From sequence record PV745554.1: a stretch of 64,000 bases of DNA, one strand, 5' to 3'. How positions within the stretch are numbered: the first letter of the stretch is position 1; the number at the start of each line of letters is the position of its first letter. Positions 28,129-37,124 of the stretch are shown piece after piece. The position numbers and the translations under genes are program-made. The notes under the pieces were generated by a model, which saw nothing but the letters and a program-made list of their open reading frames with translations, ran no database searches and was not told the DNA's origin.

Positions 28129-28359
28129 ATGCTCTATCTGACCCCGATCAAGAAACCGGTGACGGACGCCGAGTTCGGGATGTCCGTCAAGGACGTTGAA
28201 CTGAATGGCCGCCGCTATCGCGTGAGCCGCTCAGGTGAGGTGCGTGGCTACGTGCGCAATTCGCGTGTCCTGACGATGCACCACGAAGACCTGCGTCTGC
28301 TGGACTTCCGTGGACCAACCGCTATCCGCGCCCGCGCCGCCTCGGGGTGGTTCGAATGA
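28129..28359 (+). CDS. hypothetical protein (paralogue of 32582-32800)
   Basis: GRRYRVSRSG...RARAASGWF. Confidence 0.75.
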   Translation: MLYLTPIKKPVTDAEFGMSVKDVELNGRRYRVSRSGEVRGYVRNSRVLTMHHEDLRLLDFRGPTAIRARAASGWFE

Positions 28360-28823
28360 GCGACACACCCAAGACCTTCACCGCCGACGAGGTCGCCGCC
28401 GCCATGGCGGCCCAGAACCGCGCCAACCGCCGCCTGGAAGCTCGGGCGGTCGAGAAGGAGCGCGAGGCCGGCGAGCGCCGCCAGCAAATCGCCCTGGACG
28501 ACCTGCGCCGCCAGATGATGGCCGGCGCCCGCGCCAACGTCGAGCGTGGCGTGTACACGCTGTCGACTCTGGAGTGCGACGAGTACCGCCACACCAACGT
28601 GGTGCTGGCCGAGGTCCGCACCCGCGTCTTCGCCGCCCGGCTGTCGTTCTCGGACGAGGACGCGGCCTGGACGATCGAGGCAATCATCCGCCGCTACCCC
28701 GGCGGCTCGGCCCGTGTCTTGGAGAAGGAAGTCCTGACGCAGCAGGCGGCCTGGGACTTCTACAACGAGATCATCGAGCGCTTCTACAACACCACCGGCT
28801 TCATCTGCCGCGTCGATTACTAG
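28356..28823 (+). CDS. hypothetical protein
   Basis: ATGA overlap. Confidence 0.75.
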   Translation: MSDTPKTFTADEVAAAMAAQNRANRRLEARAVEKEREAGERRQQIALDDLRRQMMAGARANVERGVYTLSTLECDEYRHTNVVLAEVRTRVFAARLSFSDEDAAWTIEAIIRRYPGGSARVLEKEVLTQQAAWDFYNEIIERFYNTTGFICRVDY

Positions 28824-28837
28824 GGAGGGACCCCGAC

Positions 28838-29299
28838 ATGATGGCTCACCTGATCCTCAACACCGCCCAGCAGCGCACCATGAACGAGGTGTCCGACGCG
28901 CTGGCCTACCTGATCCGCAACGACGGCGATCCCAACAGCGCCGGCGAGGGCTACTACAACATGCTGCACCTGGACCGGATCGCCGACGACGTCACGGGCC
29001 TGTTCGCCCCCGTCGGCGAGCGTCCCCTGGCCAGGACGCTGTTCGACGTCCAGGCGACCTTCCGGGGCTACTGGAAGGGCCAGTACCCAAAGGTGGACAC
29101 CCTGAAGAAATGGGCCGCCGAGGTCAAGCCGCACTTCAAGAGCCTGGATCGGGTGCGATACATCAACCGCCCGCCGGTCGAGCCCAAGACCGTCCGCGAG
29201 GAGGTCATGGCCAAGCTCTCCAAGAGCTATACCCAGGCCGAGATCGCCGTCTTCCTGGGGAACCTGGAGCAGCACGGCTTCGCGGTGGTCAAGGCCTGA
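28838..29299 (+). CDS. hypothetical protein
   Basis: ATG after GGGAGGG. Confidence 0.75.
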   Translation: MMAHLILNTAQQRTMNEVSDALAYLIRNDGDPNSAGEGYYNMLHLDRIADDVTGLFAPVGERPLARTLFDVQATFRGYWKGQYPKVDTLKKWAAEVKPHFKSLDRVRYINRPPVEPKTVREEVMAKLSKSYTQAEIAVFLGNLEQHGFAVVKA

Positions 29300-29472
29300 T
29301 GCACTTCGTCTTCAACCGTAGGCTGGACGAGTGCGCCGATCGCCTGACCTGGGCGCTTGGAGCCCTGTCCGATGCCCACCGCCGATATGCCGATCGGCGG
29401 GCCGTTGCGGGCCTGGAAGAAGACGCCCGGCTTGCCTGGAAAACCCTGGAGCGCTTCACGCTCTGGTGCTGA
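29299..29472 (+). CDS. small hypothetical protein
   Basis: TGATG coupling. Confidence 0.55.
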   Translation: MHFVFNRRLDECADRLTWALGALSDAHRRYADRRAVAGLEEDARLAWKTLERFTLWC

Positions 29473-29477
29473 ACTTT

Positions 29478-29549
29478 GTTGGCGCGAGAGTGTTGACAGC
29501 ATCGTCCTGACGCCATAGAACCCTCTCGACGACAACGAAGGAGGCCCCG
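29478..29549 (+). promoter_or_regulatory. sigma70 promoter cassette with upstream 18-bp element
   Basis: GTTGGCGCGAGAGTG-TTGACA-N17-TAGAAC, GACGACAACG, AAGGAGG. Confidence 0.88.
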
Positions 29550-29936
29550 ATGGGCGCGCAACTGGAAATCAAGGAAGTCTTCGCCGCCTCGCAGGACGCC
29601 GTCTATTCCTGGCGTGGCGAAGAAGGCGACGAGTACCGCGTGATGAGCCTCGTTCACGTCCAGACGATGGACGGCCGCTGGTTCCTGATGCCGGCCATGC
29701 GGCCCTACTCGGACGTCGAGCGCTTCGACTTCGAGATGGCCTGCGAGGGCGAGCCCCTCTTTGGCATGGCGACCGTCTACTGGGACGCCGAGGCCTTCGC
29801 CGCCAAGGTCCGCGCGCGCGGCGTGATCCGCCCGGAATTCTGGGTCGAGTACGAGCCCGACACCCGCACGACCGCGCAGCGCTTCGAGGACATGTGGATC
29901 GAAGAGCAGTACGACCGCATGGGGTACGCCGCATGA
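29550..29936 (+). CDS. hypothetical protein
   Basis: ATG after the cassette SD. Confidence 0.8.
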   Translation: MGAQLEIKEVFAASQDAVYSWRGEEGDEYRVMSLVHVQTMDGRWFLMPAMRPYSDVERFDFEMACEGEPLFGMATVYWDAEAFAAKVRARGVIRPEFWVEYEPDTRTTAQRFEDMWIEEQYDRMGYAA

Positions 29937-30175
29937 GCGCCCGCCAGAAACAGACCGTGATCGACAAGCTGGAGAAGACCTACAAGTCGATCCAGGCCCA
30001 GCAGGCGCGCGGCGTCAACTGGGGCACCAAGGCGTGCCTCGAACTGGTCGATCGCTACAACGACCTGAAGGCGGAAGCCACCCGCGTCGGAGGCCATAGC
30101 AACCCCGAGTGGAAGGCCTACTGCGAGCGTCACGGCTCCAGCGTCGCCCACGACGGCTACGATCTGTGGGCGTGA
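29933..30175 (+). CDS. hypothetical protein
   Basis: ATGA overlap. Confidence 0.75.
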   Translation: MSARQKQTVIDKLEKTYKSIQAQQARGVNWGTKACLELVDRYNDLKAEATRVGGHSNPEWKAYCERHGSSVAHDGYDLWA

Positions 30176-30177
30176 TC

Positions 30178-30420
30178 ATGTCCCGCACCGTCAAGGTCGA
30201 GCGAGGCAGGACGACCTACTACGTCACCATCGACGAGGCCGGCGAGGTCATCGCCATCTCGGGCTTGGCGGTGGTCGGCAAGGTCCCGCGCCACAAGGGC
30301 GGCAAGCGCCGCGTGCCCTGGAGCGGCGCGCATTGGCACGCCGGCTACAAGACCCCGATCCCACAACAACTGAAGCCGATCGCCGACGAGGCGGTCCAAC
30401 AGAAGGAACCCCAGGCTTGA
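30178..30420 (+). CDS. hypothetical protein
   Basis: ATG start, fills the operon. Confidence 0.65.
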   Translation: MSRTVKVERGRTTYYVTIDEAGEVIAISGLAVVGKVPRHKGGKRRVPWSGAHWHAGYKTPIPQQLKPIADEAVQQKEPQA

Positions 30421-30590
30421 GCCCGCAGCAGCCGATCGCGCCCAAGGTGGGCAAGGCCGAGGTCCTGGAGGAGATCGCCAATCTCGAAGAGATGATGACG
30501 ATCCAGACCATTCGTTTTGGCATGGGACCGCTCAACGCCGACAAGGTGTTGGAGCGCTGCGCCCTCATCCGGAGGTACATCGAACAATGA
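30417..30590 (+). CDS. small hypothetical protein
   Basis: TTGA overlap after AAGGAA. Confidence 0.55.
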   Translation: MSPQQPIAPKVGKAEVLEEIANLEEMMTIQTIRFGMGPLNADKVLERCALIRRYIEQ

Positions 30591-31042
30591 GCGACTCGCT
30601 CCTCCTCATCAATCCCGACGGTGCCAACTTCCAGGCCCAGGCCGTGCTCGCGGTGGTCCGCGACATGCTGGGCGAGGACTTCGAGCCCTCCTGGAGCACC
30701 GACCTGGGCGATTATCTCGCCGAGCCGCGTCTGGCCCGCTTCGACAACAGCCGCGTCGCCGGCTACGTGATCTGGATGCGCGACAGCCGGGCGTGCGCCT
30801 GGATGGGTCCCGAAGGCTGGCGCCAGATCAACATCAATTTCTATCAGCACGGCGTCAGCGACCAGATCATCGTCAACGGCTGGCGCACGGTCTATCGCGA
30901 TGATCTGCCGCCGACCCGCCACGATATGCCCGACGTCGAGGACATGCACCGCCGGCAAATCTTCGAACAACGCGAGATCGTGCCGGCCGCCGAGTACATC
31001 GTCCACCTGCTGACGGAGTTCTGGGAGGAAGGCAACACGTGA
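30587..31042 (+). CDS. hypothetical protein
   Basis: ATGA overlap after GGAGG. Confidence 0.75.
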   Translation: MSDSLLLINPDGANFQAQAVLAVVRDMLGEDFEPSWSTDLGDYLAEPRLARFDNSRVAGYVIWMRDSRACAWMGPEGWRQININFYQHGVSDQIIVNGWRTVYRDDLPPTRHDMPDVEDMHRRQIFEQREIVPAAEYIVHLLTEFWEEGNT

Positions 31043-31347
31043 CGCGGCCCGTCGACCACCACGGCTTCCCGTGCCCCGACCGCTTCTGGCCGCTGGAGGA
31101 CATTGACGTCGTCCTGGCGCTGACAGGCGACGAGATCATCGCCCGGCGTAAGGCCAGGGGCGATTACGTCGCCGGGCGCGCGGCGACGAACGCCAGGAGC
31201 GAGATCATGCGCGGCTACCAGTGGCGCCCGGCCGAGGAGCGGGCACGGATCGACGTGGTGTTCGCCGAGCGGGATGAGGTCATCGAACTGAGGGCCGAGA
31301 ACGCCCGGTTGCGGAAGGAACTGGAGGCGCTACGTGGACGACTATGA
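31039..31347 (+). CDS. hypothetical protein
   Basis: GTGA overlap. Confidence 0.7.
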   Translation: MTRPVDHHGFPCPDRFWPLEDIDVVLALTGDEIIARRKARGDYVAGRAATNARSEIMRGYQWRPAEERARIDVVFAERDEVIELRAENARLRKELEALRGRL

Positions 31348-31666
31348 CGCCTGCCTGACCAACTGGGTCGTCTGCCTCACGCCCATTCCGGTGATCGTCC
31401 GGGGCGGCGCCGCGCCCGAGCCGGGCGTGGTGCTCGTCGGCGAGATCATGCAGGACCGCAAGAAGCGCTGGCCGGACGGTCGTCTCGTTCACACCTCGGT
31501 GCTCCTGAGCGCGCGGGCGCTGATCAAGCCGGGCGAGGTCGTGCGCACCCTGCGCAGCCGTTATCTGCTGGGCCGGCCCGCCGAGGAGATTACCCTGCGC
31601 CATAGCCTGGGGGCGATGTTCGCCCAGGTTATCATCCAACCGCTCGAATGTCCGAAACTTGCGTGA
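31334..31666 (+). CDS. hypothetical phage protein
   Basis: GEIMQDRKKRWPDGRLVHTS...VRTLRSRYLL motif. Confidence 0.7.
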   Translation: MDDYDACLTNWVVCLTPIPVIVRGGAAPEPGVVLVGEIMQDRKKRWPDGRLVHTSVLLSARALIKPGEVVRTLRSRYLLGRPAEEITLRHSLGAMFAQVIIQPLECPKLA

Positions 31667-31684
31667 TTGTCCGAATCTCGGAGA

Positions 31685-32074
31685 ATGTCCGAAATGAAGC
31701 TCGATCACCTCACTCCCGCGCAACGTCTGGAACACCGTCGTGCGCAGAAGCGTGCAAGCTACCGACGGAACCGAGGGCATCACATTCGTCGCGTCTCGAA
31801 GACTGTGAAGTCCAAGCTGCTCGCAGCCAACGAAGAGGCTTGCGGCTACGCACGGCCGGAAGTCTGCGAGGCCTGCGGTGAAAGGGATTCCAAAGACGCC
31901 GCTCTCGCGCTGGATCACAATCATCTCACGGGCGTGATCCGGGGATGGCTTTGCCGACGGTGTAATTTACTACTTGGAAGTGCAAATGACGATGCTCGCC
32001 TGCTGCGCCTCCTAGCCGCTTATCTCGACGAGCCCGGCTATATGCCCAGTCGGAATGGCCCGCACGGAAACTGA
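31685..32074 (+). CDS. endonuclease VII-like (His-Me finger) free-standing nuclease
   Basis: CEAC...LALDHNHLTGVIRGWLCRRCNLLLGSANDD; atypical, lower-GC codons; start may be 31694. Confidence 0.85.
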   Translation: MSEMKLDHLTPAQRLEHRRAQKRASYRRNRGHHIRRVSKTVKSKLLAANEEACGYARPEVCEACGERDSKDAALALDHNHLTGVIRGWLCRRCNLLLGSANDDARLLRLLAAYLDEPGYMPSRNGPHGN

Positions 32075-32078
32075 ATTT

Positions 32079-32150
32079 GTTGGCTTTAGAGTGTTGACAG
32101 TTCTCTAGTCTGGCCACTATATGCTCCTCGACGATAACGAGGAGGCCACG
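32079..32150 (+). promoter_or_regulatory. sigma70 promoter cassette with upstream 18-bp element
   Basis: GTTGGCTTTAGAGTG-TTGACA-N18-TATATG; CTCCTCG-ACGATAA-CGAGGAG hairpin. Confidence 0.88.
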
Positions 32151-32582
32151 ATGAGCTACACCGAAGCCCACATGGAAGCGCTGGTCGCCTTCCACCAAAA
32201 CGAGATGGACGTCGGCGAGGGCACCTGGGGTCGCTACGTCAAGACGCTGGAGAAGCGCCTGGGCATCGACGACCTCGACGGGGACAACTCCGAAGAGGCC
32301 CGGTCCTACTACTGCGACATGGGCTACTCGCTCGACGACACCTTCGAGATGTTCGAGAAGGGCGTATCGGTCGATGACGCCGAGAAGGCGATCCTGCGCT
32401 CGTGCGCAGACGCGGCGGTCCGCGCCGTCAACGCCGGCGTCTCGGGTCTCGTCGAGGCCCAGGAGCGCGCCAAGGCGGCTGGCAAGACCGACTATGTCGA
32501 GCAGCTTGAGAAGCAGATCAACGCCTTGCTCGATGACCAGAGCGCCGCCGCCACGGCGGCCGAGAAAGCGTTCGGCTGCTGA
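32151..32582 (+). CDS. hypothetical protein
   Basis: ATG after the cassette SD. Confidence 0.8.
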   Translation: MSYTEAHMEALVAFHQNEMDVGEGTWGRYVKTLEKRLGIDDLDGDNSEEARSYYCDMGYSLDDTFEMFEKGVSVDDAEKAILRSCADAAVRAVNAGVSGLVEAQERAKAAGKTDYVEQLEKQINALLDDQSAAATAAEKAFGC

Positions 32583-32800
32583 TGAGCTACTTCCGCTCCC
32601 GCATCCCTGGCCCGCCCGAGCAGGCCGAAGAGCGCTTCAAGTTCATCGACATCGATGGCCGGCGCTACAAGGTCTACCGCTCGGGTCACGTGTCGGTCCT
32701 GATCCAGGGCACGAGCAAGCGCGCCGGCTACACCCGCACGCTGACCCACAACAGCATCATCGCCGCCCGCGTGCGCGCCGCCTCGGGGTGGTTCGCATGA
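32582..32800 (+). CDS. hypothetical protein (paralogue of 28129-28359)
   Basis: GRRYKVYRSG...RVRAASGWF. Confidence 0.75.
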   Translation: MSYFRSRIPGPPEQAEERFKFIDIDGRRYKVYRSGHVSVLIQGTSKRAGYTRTLTHNSIIAARVRAASGWFA

Positions 32801-33186
32801 GCAAGCCGTCGATCGCGGTGGTCGCGGAAAGCCCCGCCTCTAACCCGCCAGAGTTCGAGATCATCGATCTGGCGCGCGCCGACGACAGCCACGTCAAGTT
32901 CAACGGCGATGGGACCATGTACGGTTTCAGCCTGGAGACCGACCGAAGCGTTCGCTTCAAGATTGTCCTGGGCGTGTTCCCGACCTTCGAGGATGCCTTC
33001 GCCGCTCGCGCCCTGTCGCGTGCCGCCTACAAGACGGCCGGCGATGAGGTCGAAAAGACCCGTGGTGACCTCGCACGTGTAACTCGTGCCTATGAAGCTG
33101 CCATCCGCGCCAACGAGGAAGCCAAGACCAAACAGCGGCGCGCCACCCGCGAGCCGTTCCTCGGCACGCCCACCGAATATCGCTAG
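32797..33186 (+). CDS. hypothetical protein
   Basis: ATGA overlap. Confidence 0.7.
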   Translation: MSKPSIAVVAESPASNPPEFEIIDLARADDSHVKFNGDGTMYGFSLETDRSVRFKIVLGVFPTFEDAFAARALSRAAYKTAGDEVEKTRGDLARVTRAYEAAIRANEEAKTKQRRATREPFLGTPTEYR

Positions 33187-33194
33187 GAGGTCCC

Positions 33195-33398
33195 ATGACC
33201 AAGTACGTCATCCCCATTCAGGTCGACTTCCTGGTCCCGCCGGCCAGGGGCGATGTGGTGCAAACCCTGCTGTCGCGGATCGAGGCGATCCTCGACGAAG
33301 AGCTAGGCATCGTCCTGACCGACGCGCCCGACCGGGTCATCGCCCTGAGCCCGATCAAGGGTCTGCACCTGCGGACCATGACCACGGAGGAGACCTGA
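33195..33398 (+). CDS. hypothetical protein
   Basis: ATG after AGGAGG. Confidence 0.75.
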   Translation: MTKYVIPIQVDFLVPPARGDVVQTLLSRIEAILDEELGIVLTDAPDRVIALSPIKGLHLRTMTTEET

Positions 33399-33399
33399 C

Positions 33400-33879
33400 A
33401 TGGCCCAGGAATACCAGACCTACACCGTCAAGGGCTCCTGGCCCTTCCCGACCGACATGCTGCGCTACGACGACGCCAAGCCGGCGACCGTCTTCGCCAG
33501 CGAGACGATCAACCGCCTGTCGGGCGACTACGCCCCGTCGCGCGAGAGCATCCGCGACGAGGTCGAGATCAGGCTGATCCGGGTCAAGCGCGGCCAGCCG
33601 GCGATCGACCGCTGGGAGTCGTTCGGCTGGAAGGTCGTCAACGGCGACGAGGACACCCAGTACGCGATCGCGGTGCGCAACCCGCCGCCGCTGGAACCCA
33701 CGCCCTACGAGAAGCTGCGCGCAGCGGTCAAGGACGTGATCGCCGAACTCGACTACACGGCCAAGTACGTCTACGCGCGCGAGGACGACCTGGAGAAGCC
33801 TCTCCCGCCGCGCCTGATGTGCGCGCTGAACGAACTCACCAACACCTACAACGAAACCCCGGAGGCCCGACATGGCTGA
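33400..33879 (+). CDS. hypothetical phage protein
   Basis: YTVKGSWPFPTDMLRYD motif. Confidence 0.8.
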   Translation: MAQEYQTYTVKGSWPFPTDMLRYDDAKPATVFASETINRLSGDYAPSRESIRDEVEIRLIRVKRGQPAIDRWESFGWKVVNGDEDTQYAIAVRNPPPLEPTPYEKLRAAVKDVIAELDYTAKYVYAREDDLEKPLPPRLMCALNELTNTYNETPEARHG

Positions 33880-34240
33880 GACCACCCCCGACGGGCGCTA
33901 CGCCATCGCCGGCTTCACCGGCTGGTCGCCCCAGCACTTCAAGGTCGTCGACCTGGACACCAAGTCCGTCAACGTCAGCGGCTGGGAAGACGAGGAGCAG
34001 GACTTCGCCCTGACCCTGGACGGCGAGCGCTTCTACTACGACACCATCAAGGCGCGCTTTGCGGCCGCCGAGGACGCGGTGGGCAACCTCACCGCCGCCC
34101 AGGAAGCCTACGCCCTCCACAACGTGGAGGTCGAGGCCCTGAGCGCCGAACTGGAAACCCTCAAGCGCAAGCTCGAACTGGCCGTCTCGGCGCGGGGCCG
34201 GGCCTACCGCAAGGCCATGAAGGGCGTCGACCTCGGATGA
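33872..34240 (+). CDS. hypothetical coiled-coil protein
   Basis: ATG after GGAGG. Confidence 0.75.
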   Translation: MAETTPDGRYAIAGFTGWSPQHFKVVDLDTKSVNVSGWEDEEQDFALTLDGERFYYDTIKARFAAAEDAVGNLTAAQEAYALHNVEVEALSAELETLKRKLELAVSARGRAYRKAMKGVDLG

Positions 34241-34512
34241 TCGTCTTCCTGCTCTGCGCCATCCCCTACGTCCTGGTTGGCGGCTGCATCTACGCGGCCC
34301 TGATCGACCGCTACGTCACGCGCGAGACCACCGGAAGCTCGGACGATGAAGTGGGCGCCCGGCTGATCTACGCGATCTTCTGGATGATCGCCATCCCCCT
34401 CCACCTCCTCGCAATCCTGTTTGACATCCTGCGGCATCGCGCCTTCCGTCAGCGCCATAAGCTCCGGACCGGCCACGACATCGGCCCCTGGACCTATACC
34501 GGCTGGCTCTGA
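34237..34512 (+). CDS. two-TM membrane protein
   Basis: Two hydrophobic helices. Confidence 0.75.
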   Translation: MIVFLLCAIPYVLVGGCIYAALIDRYVTRETTGSSDDEVGARLIYAIFWMIAIPLHLLAILFDILRHRAFRQRHKLRTGHDIGPWTYTGWL

Positions 34513-34529
34513 GCCTTGGCTGCGATGTG

Positions 34530-34585
34530 TTGACAAGGCTGCGCGGCCTCCTGTAGAAGACCCTCGACGACAACAGGAGGCCCTC
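34530..34585 (+). promoter_or_regulatory. sigma70 promoter cassette
   Basis: TTGACA-N18-TAGAAG, GACGACAAC, AGGAGG. Confidence 0.85.
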
Positions 34586-35068
34586 ATGCCCGACAACTCG
34601 AACTTCGACGCCGCCGTCCTCGTGGGCGTGGAGATCATCAAGACCAAGCCGGAAGGGCTCACCGCCCTGGAGGCCGTCCAGCGGTTCCAGCACCAGTCGC
34701 CGGACTTCGTCGACCTCGTCACCCGCTTCAACAAGCTGACGGCCGCCTTGCCGGCGGTGGTCAACGGCCATCACCTCCAGTCGACCTGCGCCGAGTGGGT
34801 CCTGGACGAGTCTGAGCAGCGCATCAAGCTGCCGTTCGAGACCATCGCCCAGCGCGTGGAGTTCTACGCCAAGCAGATGACGATCCCGGCCTACGGCTAC
34901 CTGATGGATCGCTACAAGGACCGCCTCGACAGCAAGATCGCCACCGTGCGCGGCTGTCTGGAGGACCAGAACTACCTCGGCGCCAGCTACAACCTCCTCG
35001 ACCTGGAGGAGACCTTCCAGGAGATGGTCGACCGTCACGACGATCTGGTTTCGGACGGCTATCCCTGA
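34586..35068 (+). CDS. hypothetical protein
   Basis: ATG after the cassette SD. Confidence 0.8.
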   Translation: MPDNSNFDAAVLVGVEIIKTKPEGLTALEAVQRFQHQSPDFVDLVTRFNKLTAALPAVVNGHHLQSTCAEWVLDESEQRIKLPFETIAQRVEFYAKQMTIPAYGYLMDRYKDRLDSKIATVRGCLEDQNYLGASYNLLDLEETFQEMVDRHDDLVSDGYP

Positions 35069-35140
35069 TGAGCGCTTGCGCCGTCCCTGGCCCCAGCCTA
35101 GCTTCCGGCCGCCGCGATGTTGCGGCTGAGAGGATTCGGT

Positions 35141-35401
35141 ATGGACAGGCTCAAAGTCAAACTCTTCGCCAGGGGCGTGCGGACCTCGGCCGAAGCGCTG
35201 CTCGACGCGATCGAGGCGCTTCCCGAGGGGCCGGAGAAGGATGCGGTGGTCGCGGCCGAGAAGCAGCTTCACGCGCGCCTGAACTGGGGCGCCTCCAAGG
35301 CCGGCGAGTTCTTCGGGGACGAGTCGATCTCCAGGCTCGCGACCCAGCGCACCGGCGGCGAAGACAAGCCGGACGCGCCGGAAGTTCCGCCCGGCGGCTG
35401 A
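35141..35401 (+). CDS. hypothetical protein
   Basis: ATG after GAGAGG. Confidence 0.6.
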   Translation: MDRLKVKLFARGVRTSAEALLDAIEALPEGPEKDAVVAAEKQLHARLNWGASKAGEFFGDESISRLATQRTGGEDKPDAPEVPPGG

Positions 35402-35411
35402 CGGGTGTCCT

Positions 35412-35936
35412 ATGGGCCTGACGGGGTGCTGCTTTGCGCTCCTGACGGCCGGCTCGGTCGCCTTCGCGGTTGACCGTGGGGGCAGGGCGCTCAAGACGAG
35501 CGGCCTGCTCCTCTTCGCCACCTGGGCGTTTTCGGTGACCGTTGGGTCGACCCTCGTGGCGGGCTACAAGCCCTACATCTACGCCTGGGTCGATGGCATG
35601 TTCGCCGGCGCCATCGGCGTCATGTTGACGGCTCGCTTCCAGCGCTGGCGCGCCGGGCTCTTCGCCCTGGCGATCCTCCAGATGGTGCTCCATCTGGCGA
35701 TGATTGGCATCTGGGACTTCTCGCTGGCGGCGCGCCGCCTTCACGTCTTCTCGCTCAACCTCACCTACGGCCTGGAACTCTTCGTCCTCACCATCGGGGC
35801 GGCGGCCTATCGTCCAGGCGAGCGCGACGACGTGCCGGAGATCATCGAGGTCCAGCACCACATCGTCGGCAAGGATGACGGGACCCTACTCGACTGGCTT
35901 GAGTGTGTTGACAAAGCCAGACGACCCGTCCTATAA
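35412..35936 (+). CDS. multi-pass membrane protein
   Basis: About five hydrophobic segments. Confidence 0.75.
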   Translation: MGLTGCCFALLTAGSVAFAVDRGGRALKTSGLLLFATWAFSVTVGSTLVAGYKPYIYAWVDGMFAGAIGVMLTARFQRWRAGLFALAILQMVLHLAMIGIWDFSLAARRLHVFSLNLTYGLELFVLTIGAAAYRPGERDDVPEIIEVQHHIVGKDDGTLLDWLECVDKARRPVL

Positions 35937-35964
35937 GCACCTCGACGACAACGAGGAGGCCAGC
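35908..35964 (+). promoter_or_regulatory. sigma70 promoter cassette
   Basis: TTGACA-N18-TATAAG; CCTCG-ACGACAA-CGAGG; overlaps the end of the upstream CDS. Confidence 0.88.
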
Positions 35965-36396
35965 ATGCCCACGCCCAAGACCGCAACGATCTCCCGCGCG
36001 CTCGCCTACTTGGCGATCACCGGCGGCACGAACTGCCTCACGATCAACACCCGGATCGCCCTGCATCCCTATCACGATCTGGTCCCGGTCAAGTGCAAGA
36101 TCGGCGACACCGAACTGACTCGCCACGTCTACAAGCTCACCGACGAGGGCCGCGCCCTGGCCGAGAAGAGCAAGCTCTGGAAGGGTCACCAGAAGCTCGT
36201 CGAGATGGGCTTCACCTTCAAGCCGTCCAAGCGCCGCCAGTCCTCGCGCTTCCTGTCCTACGATCACGCCGAGCACGATTGCCGCAAGGATCGTCGCGGC
36301 GCCTTCATCTCCGGCGACAGCCCCTACGCCCAGCCGGCGCCGGGGGAGACGCCCGAGGGCAAGAAGGACTGGGACTACATCAAGGTGGAGGTCTAA
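35965..36396 (+). CDS. hypothetical protein
   Basis: ATG after the cassette SD. Confidence 0.8.
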   Translation: MPTPKTATISRALAYLAITGGTNCLTINTRIALHPYHDLVPVKCKIGDTELTRHVYKLTDEGRALAEKSKLWKGHQKLVEMGFTFKPSKRRQSSRFLSYDHAEHDCRKDRRGAFISGDSPYAQPAPGETPEGKKDWDYIKVEV

Positions 36397-36399
36397 GCC

Positions 36400-36786
36400 A
36401 TGACCCCGCGCACCCCGATCGACATCCTGACCGACGCCGCCGCGCTGATCGAGCGCAACGGCTGGGCTCAAGGCAAAGCAGTCCAGGCCAGCCCCGCCGG
36501 CGCCGCCTGTCCGACCTGCGCCAATCTGGCCCTGGGCGACGCCGCGCGCTTCCGCAGCGAAGTCCTTGGCGTCAACTACCACGCCTACTTGGAAGCCCAG
36601 GTGGCGCTCCTCAAGCACCTGAAGATCAACATCGGCCCGGCCCTGCTGAACCAGACCACCAAGGGTACGCTGATCGTCGACTGGAACGACGCGCCCGAGC
36701 GCACCGCCGCCGAGGTCGTCGCCGCCCTGCGCGGCGCGGCCTACGCGCTGGTGGGCGAAGGGCTGGCGGCGGAGGCCCAGGCCTGA
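36400..36786 (+). CDS. DUF6197-like protein
   Basis: AAALIERNGWAQG...C...WNDAPERTAAEV. Confidence 0.75.
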   Translation: MTPRTPIDILTDAAALIERNGWAQGKAVQASPAGAACPTCANLALGDAARFRSEVLGVNYHAYLEAQVALLKHLKINIGPALLNQTTKGTLIVDWNDAPERTAAEVVAALRGAAYALVGEGLAAEAQA

Positions 36787-37124
36787 TGCCGCGTCCCGCC
36801 AACCGCCGCCATGCCCTCTACATGCTGGTCGTCAGCCACGGCCCGTTTGTGGTCATGAAGGGGCCGGAGGCTTTCACGCCCTGGCCGGTCCTGCGCAAGG
36901 CGATCCTCAAGACCATGCGCGAGCAGCACGGGCTCAAGGCCGCCGAGGTCAGCGCCATCGAAGGCCTTGCTGATCCGCGCGGCGGCGATCAAGACCGCGA
37001 CGCAACGGCGAAGTTCGACGCCGCCTTCGCCGGCTCCGGCAATTTCCCGGCCTTCCACCTCTACGCCTGGAAGGACGGCGACTTCGTGCTGGCCCGCGCG
37101 CCTGTAGCGGAGAAAGTCGCATGA
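36786..37124 (+). CDS. hypothetical protein
   Basis: TGATG coupling. Confidence 0.7.
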   Translation: MPRPANRRHALYMLVVSHGPFVVMKGPEAFTPWPVLRKAILKTMREQHGLKAAEVSAIEGLADPRGGDQDRDATAKFDAAFAGSGNFPAFHLYAWKDGDFVLARAPVAEKVA

